From positions 620,001 through 684,000 of the forward strand of contig JASVEC010000028.1 of the NCBI GenBank assembly GCA_030770535.1: a DNA stretch of 64,000 bases, written 5' to 3'. Positions within the stretch are counted from its first letter, which is position 1; each line of letters begins with the position of its first letter. The DNA is from Batkoa obscura (taxonomy: Eukaryota). The notes beneath the pieces are model-generated. The model was not told where the DNA came from. It did no database searches and saw only the letters and a program-made list of their open reading frames with translations. Shown one piece after another: positions 55,568 through 64,000 of this stretch. Position numbers and translations under genes: made by a program.

Positions 55568-55646
55568 ATAAAACAAACAGAGTAGGAAATATACTATATT
55601 TTATTATATCAATAAAAATATAGAAATAAAACTATTATTGTAAATT

Positions 55647-55755
55647 ATATGGGGATGTATTTTTTTTGTTTAAGAATTTCACTAACAATCTTTCCACTCA
55701 AATAATGCTTAAAAAATGGGAAAAGTAATGTAACAAAAAAAAAACATCACCATAT
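55647..55755 (-). mobile_element. MITE family A, copy 8, between two convergent gene ends
   Basis: atatggggatgt...ttaagaatttcactaacaatctttccactcaaata...catcaccatat. Confidence 0.87.
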
Positions 55756-55794
55756 CTTTATTTTATTATCTTTTATATTGTTTATAATAATAAA

Positions 55795-58439
<2,645 letters not shown>

Positions 58440-59497
58440 TGTAATTAAATTCTAAGTTGAAAAATTGACAATTTTATAAAAGAAATAAAAAATTATTTTG
58501 ATAAATGAAACAAGCGACTTGTTTTTATATGATTCATATCCCTTTTATCATCTTTATCCTTTTTATCTTATCTTATTATTCATACTTGTATAATTAAATT
58601 ATGATTTGTTATCTTTTTTAAGATAGGTTTTAGCTTAACATTTTGGATTGTTTGATTGTATGCCATCGGTAATTTATGACAATGAGTGAAAATTGATAAG
58701 GCCACGTCATGTTATTCTTTGTATCATTTTTAGCGGATGGTTTTTAAGCTTCTAAGAATTAAAGATCTGATTGTTAATTTTTTTTGTAAACAAGTAAATT
58801 GATTTTTGATTAAAAGTTGGTTAAAGGCTATTTATTTTAAAATCAATAGTGAACGGTTATAAGGTTAAGATTCTATGATAAGCTCAATGTCAAGAGTTAG
58901 TTTGATTTTTTTACAAAATCATAAAATCTTTGGAGTATTTATAGTTTTGAATAACTTTATTATTATTAACTTAGTCACTTTTTATAATACATTTTTAATT
59001 CAATGAATTATTGATTATGCTTAATACTTTGATAATGATTTAATGGGGTTAAGGAATGCATTTAACTTTTATAATTTCAATCTTATATTACCTTTAAGTC
59101 TTCTTCTATATTATTGCCTAACTTTTATATCCTAAGTTTCTTTTAGGAATAAAACACTTAGGAAAAGAATTTTTAAGACTTTAACAATACATCAAGTATA
59201 TAGTGTTCAACTTATTACATTTCAAGAAAAATATTTAAACAAGCTTCTAAATTTTTTTAGTAATAATTTGAAGCAAAAGTAAATAAAAGATAAAATATCA
59301 CAACATAAATCAAAACAGTTATGTAAAGCTATTATAATTTTTATATAAATTTTTACGCTTTGTTTTCTTTATATTAAATTTATATTAAATTTATATTAAA
59401 TTTTTTTATGTAGTTTGTTCGAATATCTTTCTTAAGTTAAATGTGGTAGGTTAAAAATGTTGTATTTGATTATTATTTCAACAATATTTTTTTTTAG

Positions 59498-59565
59498 AAA
59501 TAATAAACATAATAATAAACATAATAATAAACATAATAATAAACATAATAATAAACATAATAATA
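59498..59565. repeat. 12-bp tandem repeat (AATAATAAACAT) x5
   Basis: Seen directly in the sequence. Confidence 0.9.
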
Positions 59566-59594
59566 TGATATTAATATTTAACTCTATTTTTACT

Positions 59595-59700
59595 ATATGT
59601 GGGTGTTTTTTTAGCTTCATCACTTTTTCCATCTTTTAAGCGCTATTTGAGTAGAAAAATTGTTAGTATAATTCTTAAACACAAAAATACATCCCCATAT
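59595..59700 (+). mobile_element. MITE family A, copy 9
   Basis: atatgtgggtg...aagcgctatttgagtagaaaaattgttag...catccccatat. Confidence 0.87.
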
Positions 59701-60367
59701 ACTATCAAAATATTTAATAAAAATCTATTTAAAATAATAATAATAATTTACTTAAAATAAAAATAACATTTTATTTTATTTTTTTAATAATTTTAAAATT
59801 ATAAGCTTAGCTTTATTATTTTTGGATTATATCAGTTTTAATAGTTGGAAATATATAAAAATGTGCAAAAATCACCAGTTTTCATGTTAACTCTTATATG
59901 AACTTCACGAACAAACTAAAGATAACTTCTGCTTTATTTTTTTTTGCTAAAATTGGTTTGTTTTTTCATCATGTGTAATATCACTTACTATTAAACAAAG
60001 GCAAGTAGTCACTTTATATATGCTTCCTGAGTAAATTAATTATTGTGAGAGCATTTCGTTTCGAGTATTACAACCATTTCGAAAAAAACTTGATAGGATT
60101 TAACTTGACCATTTTATATACAAAGTCTTCAAATAGGGAGCCTTTTGATAAAACTCTATTAAAGTGAACTTTAATTTATCTATGACTTTGGGAAAATCGG
60201 ATAGTTTATTTGAAACTCTAATCTCTTATAAATGTCAAATAAGTAAAATAAAGTTGTGTTACTAAGATTTTCGATAATGACTCTTTCCTCTGCGGTGAAG
60301 ACGACCCTAGCGCTGCTATACAATTTTAAGTTGTAGAAATACTAAATAATTTTTAATTCGAATTTGC

Positions 60368-60469
60368 ATATGAGGATGTTTTTTTGGCTTCATCACTTTT
60401 TCCATTTTTTAAGCGCTATTTAAGCGGAAAAATTGTTAGTAAAATTCTCAAAAATGCATATTCCCATAT
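60368..60469 (+). mobile_element. MITE family A, copy 10
   Basis: atatgaggatg...aagcgctatttaagcggaaaaattgttagtaaaattc...ttcccatat. Confidence 0.85.
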
Positions 60470-60666
60470 TCTGAAATTTTAAACTTTAAGTTGAAATTTA
60501 TAGAGCGAATCAAAAATAATAAAAAAAGAATTCAATTTCTTCGAAAATTAAAAAGTCAAAAATCAAAAAAAATATTACATTTTATTTTCTACAAGTCTAC
60601 AATTCTAATATTATAAATATATTTTTTTACCCAAAGTCCGGTTGGGTTCAAATTTTAAAAAACTTT

Positions 60667-61476
60667 TTACATAAGAGTCACATAAATAGTGGACCCTTGA
60701 CCTGCCGAAACTATACATGATTGGCTACCTCCACCTTGACCAACACTGCAAGAAGAGGAGCTACAGCTTGAGCCTTCACAAGAAATTTGAATAGTATAAC
60801 CTTTAGTTGAGAATCCAACTTCTTTAAACAATGGATTGGTAGTAGCTGAAGCAAAAGTAACTCCATTTTCATCTTGATTAGCACCCATTACATAAGGGGC
60901 CCAATTACCAACGGGTTTACTACTATCACCCCAACGACATTCATCTTGACCAGATCCTGGAAGATTAAGATAATAATGAGCAGAAGTTTTTTGCCAATAA
61001 GTAGAAGGAGGTACAGCGATAGTACTTTGGCCACCGGATCCTACCACTGTAGAAATAAGCATAGCTTCATTACCAGGGAATACCGTTTGACAAGCGGAAA
61101 CGGAACCAGATAATTTATTGACTAATTTAACAGTACCAGCACCTTGAGAACATAATGGTCGATTTGGAAATGGTTTTTCAAGCTGTCCTTTACCATTACA
61201 AAATAATCCACCATTCATAGTAGCACATTTGGCCCCATCTGTACATCCTACACTTGGATCCCATTGGTTCATTACCATACCTGGTTTACATGAATAGGGA
61301 CACCATTTTCCAGGGGTACAAGTTTGATCTGGACTCATGGCCCATCCAGCGTTAGCTTGATTTGGGGTTATGGCAACAATGGAATCATCATCGGGTAATA
61401 CACAACTACTGGCTACACCAGTATAGGCAGAAAAAATAGAGTTGATGTTTAATAGGATTAAAATTGAAAACTTCAT
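60667..61476 (-). CDS. Secreted SUN-family (GH132/Adg3-like) glucanase-like protein
   Basis: Signal peptide; NAGWAMSPDQTCTPGKWCPYSCKPG, MNGGLFC, CQTVFPGNEAMLI, TSAHYY and GNWAPYVMGAN. Confidence 0.88.
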   Translation of the reverse strand: MKFSILILLNINSIFSAYTGVASSCVLPDDDSIVAITPNQANAGWAMSPDQTCTPGKWCPYSCKPGMVMNQWDPSVGCTDGAKCATMNGGLFCNGKGQLEKPFPNRPLCSQGAGTVKLVNKLSGSVSACQTVFPGNEAMLISTVVGSGGQSTIAVPPSTYWQKTSAHYYLNLPGSGQDECRWGDSSKPVGNWAPYVMGANQDENGVTFASATTNPLFKEVGFSTKGYTIQISCEGSSCSSSSCSVGQGGGSQSCIVSAGQGSTIYVTLM

Positions 61477-63139
61477 TTTGTTATTAAAGATTTTGGAGTT
61501 AAGAAATGGGGTATGTTATGGGTTTATATTAAATAGTCTAATATATCTAACTTTAGTTCTATAGGAGTATGCTTTTATATTATAAATTAATATAATCCTA
61601 TAATATTTTTATTACATTGAACGAAAATCAAGTTTATATATACTTATTTTTCGAGTATAACTAAATAGCGCCTATTCTGATTAAATCTTCTATTCTCGCT
61701 GATTGATACGTCCACTATTAATTAAAAATAAACATAAATTAATTTCCAAACTTACTTTTGGGGAAGTGGTATGTGGTTCGATAACAACATAGACTATAAT
61801 ATCGGATAGCCTTCTTTTTTGCCCATTTTCTATTTGCGCTAAACCACTTTTTGTAACTTTTTTCTTAATTTATGCATCTTTAATCCCAGCGAATAGGGGT
61901 GTTGTTAGTTAGACTAATAGTGTAATAGAAACTTGATAATCAATAGGTTTTAAAGAAATAATACAATTAAATTGCATCTTACTAAATATATTGAATCCAG
62001 TTACCTTTAATTGATAAAGATATTATTTTTATGCGTATAATCTTATTAGTAGATAAAGAAAGTTGGCTAATATTCTTATATAAAAGAATTAAATAATAAA
62101 CAGAATATATCTCCTTTTAAATTCAAGTTGCTATAATATATTTGGAAGTACTGGCTTAGTAGTGGTTTCATAATGCATAATATCATCAAAATTATGGTTT
62201 ATTTAGAAGCTATGTTAGTTTAGTCATACTGATTATCATGAAGGATATCCCATTTGCGGTAAAAATTAATAACCAAGTTCTAGACTCCCAAAAGGTGAAT
62301 AAAACTATATTTCTTTGATATACTCTTATTTGCATAGAGAATACTGCCATTCAACCGAACTATGATATTAACATTACACTTAATCATCAAAATAGATCGA
62401 TTTTGAACTAAGAATAATATTGTTTATTTAAATTTAAAACATATACTTTTTTTAATAACGTATTGCGAATTACTTTTGGTATTCTTTTAGGACCCAGTGA
62501 ACAAAGAATATCAATTGAAAAGTGAAATTTTTGGGCAAATCTTGTAGTTCAAATATTATTTATAAAATGATTCATTCCATATGAAATTAAGACTTATTGC
62601 AAGTTAAATTGGCCCAATATATTTTAAATAGAATGTACTTTTTTATGTACATAATAGCACTATTTATTGTACAACAGCTCTTAAAAAATGGGTTGATTAC
62701 TAGTAGTTAATTAAAATTATCAAACTATTATTATTTTTTACTTTTATATATTTTTATTTAACTTTGTTGTTTTTATTTTTGGAGAGGTTTGAAATTTGAT
62801 TAAACTCAAAAAACTTTGCAGCTTAATCTAAATTTAACTTCCCAAAATCTATCCAGAAATTTATTTTTTTCATTCAAATTTTATCCATTTTTTATGTAAA
62901 GTAAAATTTAAAATATTAATAAAAATCAAATATTAAAATAAAAATGGATTTGTTTTATAGCATATAGTTATTGCGTATTTATAATTTTAATCAATAAACT
63001 ATGTTTATTAGATATGAGAATGTATTTTTTACTAAAATAAAAACAAAATGTAAGCTTTTATAACTAAACTTCGAAATGGAATTTTTAAAATTTTAATACA
63101 ATAGGGAGAAGCACACTATATAAACATTGTAATTGATTT

Positions 63140-64000
63140 ACATCAATTTTAACAACTATTCATAATAACCCAGGGTTTATGGAATTTTATAACAAAACAA
63201 AAAAAGAAAAGTTATTAAAGTTTACTATCAATAATAACAAACTTAATCAAGCAATGTATAAAATTAGTGCTTTAAGGGAAACAGGAAATAAAAACTAACA
63301 AGTAGCATTATTATGAACTATAGCTTCAGTATATTCTTTTGATGAGCGTAAAAGTTTTGGATTTAATATATGTAGAAATTAGTATGATTATTCAAAAATA
63401 AATAATAATAATAAAATATCAACGTTACAATCTATTATTAAAAATACAAAAAAATTAAAGATGAGTAAATTGAGATTATTATACAATATTTACTCAATAA
63501 TCCAACTACTTCATTAAGATTTAATAAAAAATAACGATAAAAAATATTTGTCAGATAATATATGTATATTAAATAAAAGTAGAAGAATGATATACAGTAA
63601 ATATTTTAATGATTTAAAAGATAAAGCAGTAGCTAGGACAACATTTCTTGAATATGTACCAAATGACTTTAAAACCCAGCAAGAAAAACAGATTTATGTA
63701 ATATATGGGGATGTTTTTTTTGGCTTCGTCACTTTTTCCATTTTTTAAGCGCTATTTGAGCGGAAAGATTGTTAGTAAAATTCTTAAACATAAAAATACA
63801 TCCCCATATGTGCCCAGTATACAGTTAGAAAAAAGTTATTTGAAAATAAAATAAATACAATGATAAAAAACAAAGCAGAGATAGGAATCTTTCAATAAAG
63901 AAAAAAGGTTATATAAATTATATAAATTTTGTGTTGATACTTAAAAAGATATATTTAATGAAGCTATTAAAAAATTAGATAATAGAAGTTGTATAATAAT
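63140..64000 (+). mobile_element. Decayed DNA-transposase-like ORF (DxCxxC motif) interrupted by a MITE; probably continues past the window
   Basis: LL*TIASVYSFDERKSFGFNICRN*YDYSK...ARTTFLEYVPNDFK(frameshift)PARKTDLCNI[MITE]CAQYTVRKK. Confidence 0.5.
63703..63809 (+). mobile_element. MITE family A, copy 11 (near consensus)
   Basis: atatggggatgt...aagcgctatttgagcggaaagattgttagtaaaattcttaaac...acatccccatat. Confidence 0.93.

Noticed and set aside
59432..59639. ORFs with LLCL or NNKH repeats
   Set aside because: They are artefacts of the 12-bp tandem repeat and MITE copy 9.

Overview
Very AT-rich, intron-dense eukaryotic DNA, fungal by gene content (Zn2Cys6 factor, fused ARG5,6, SUN protein, ATG22). 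The many short GT-AG introns and Asn-rich proteins suggest an early-diverging fungus such as Entomophthoromycotina (inference). The window holds about 19 recognisable or reconstructable protein genes (ARP4, NAT1/NAA15, DNAJC3-like, IFA38, RidA/MMF1, TBC RabGAP, Rco1-like PHD protein, S9/DPP5-like protein, AT-hook protein, ATG22, BAR-PH-ArfGAP, VAMP7, PRE6, RDI1, RhoGEF, Zn2Cys6 TF, ATG4, NUP120/160, ARG5,6, SUN) and a tRNA-Val(AAC). The main non-gene structure is a ~105 bp MITE family (ATAT|GGGGATG...CATCCCC|ATAT) present 11 times. Two copies interrupt decayed transposase-like ORFs (mariner-like and DxCxxC Sola-like), and removing them restores the reading frame. Other points of interest are a secreted DPP5 homolog that appears to lack its whole catalytic triad and a small AT-hook gene with a 4-nt microexon. 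Exon boundaries were read by eye; gene spans include introns.
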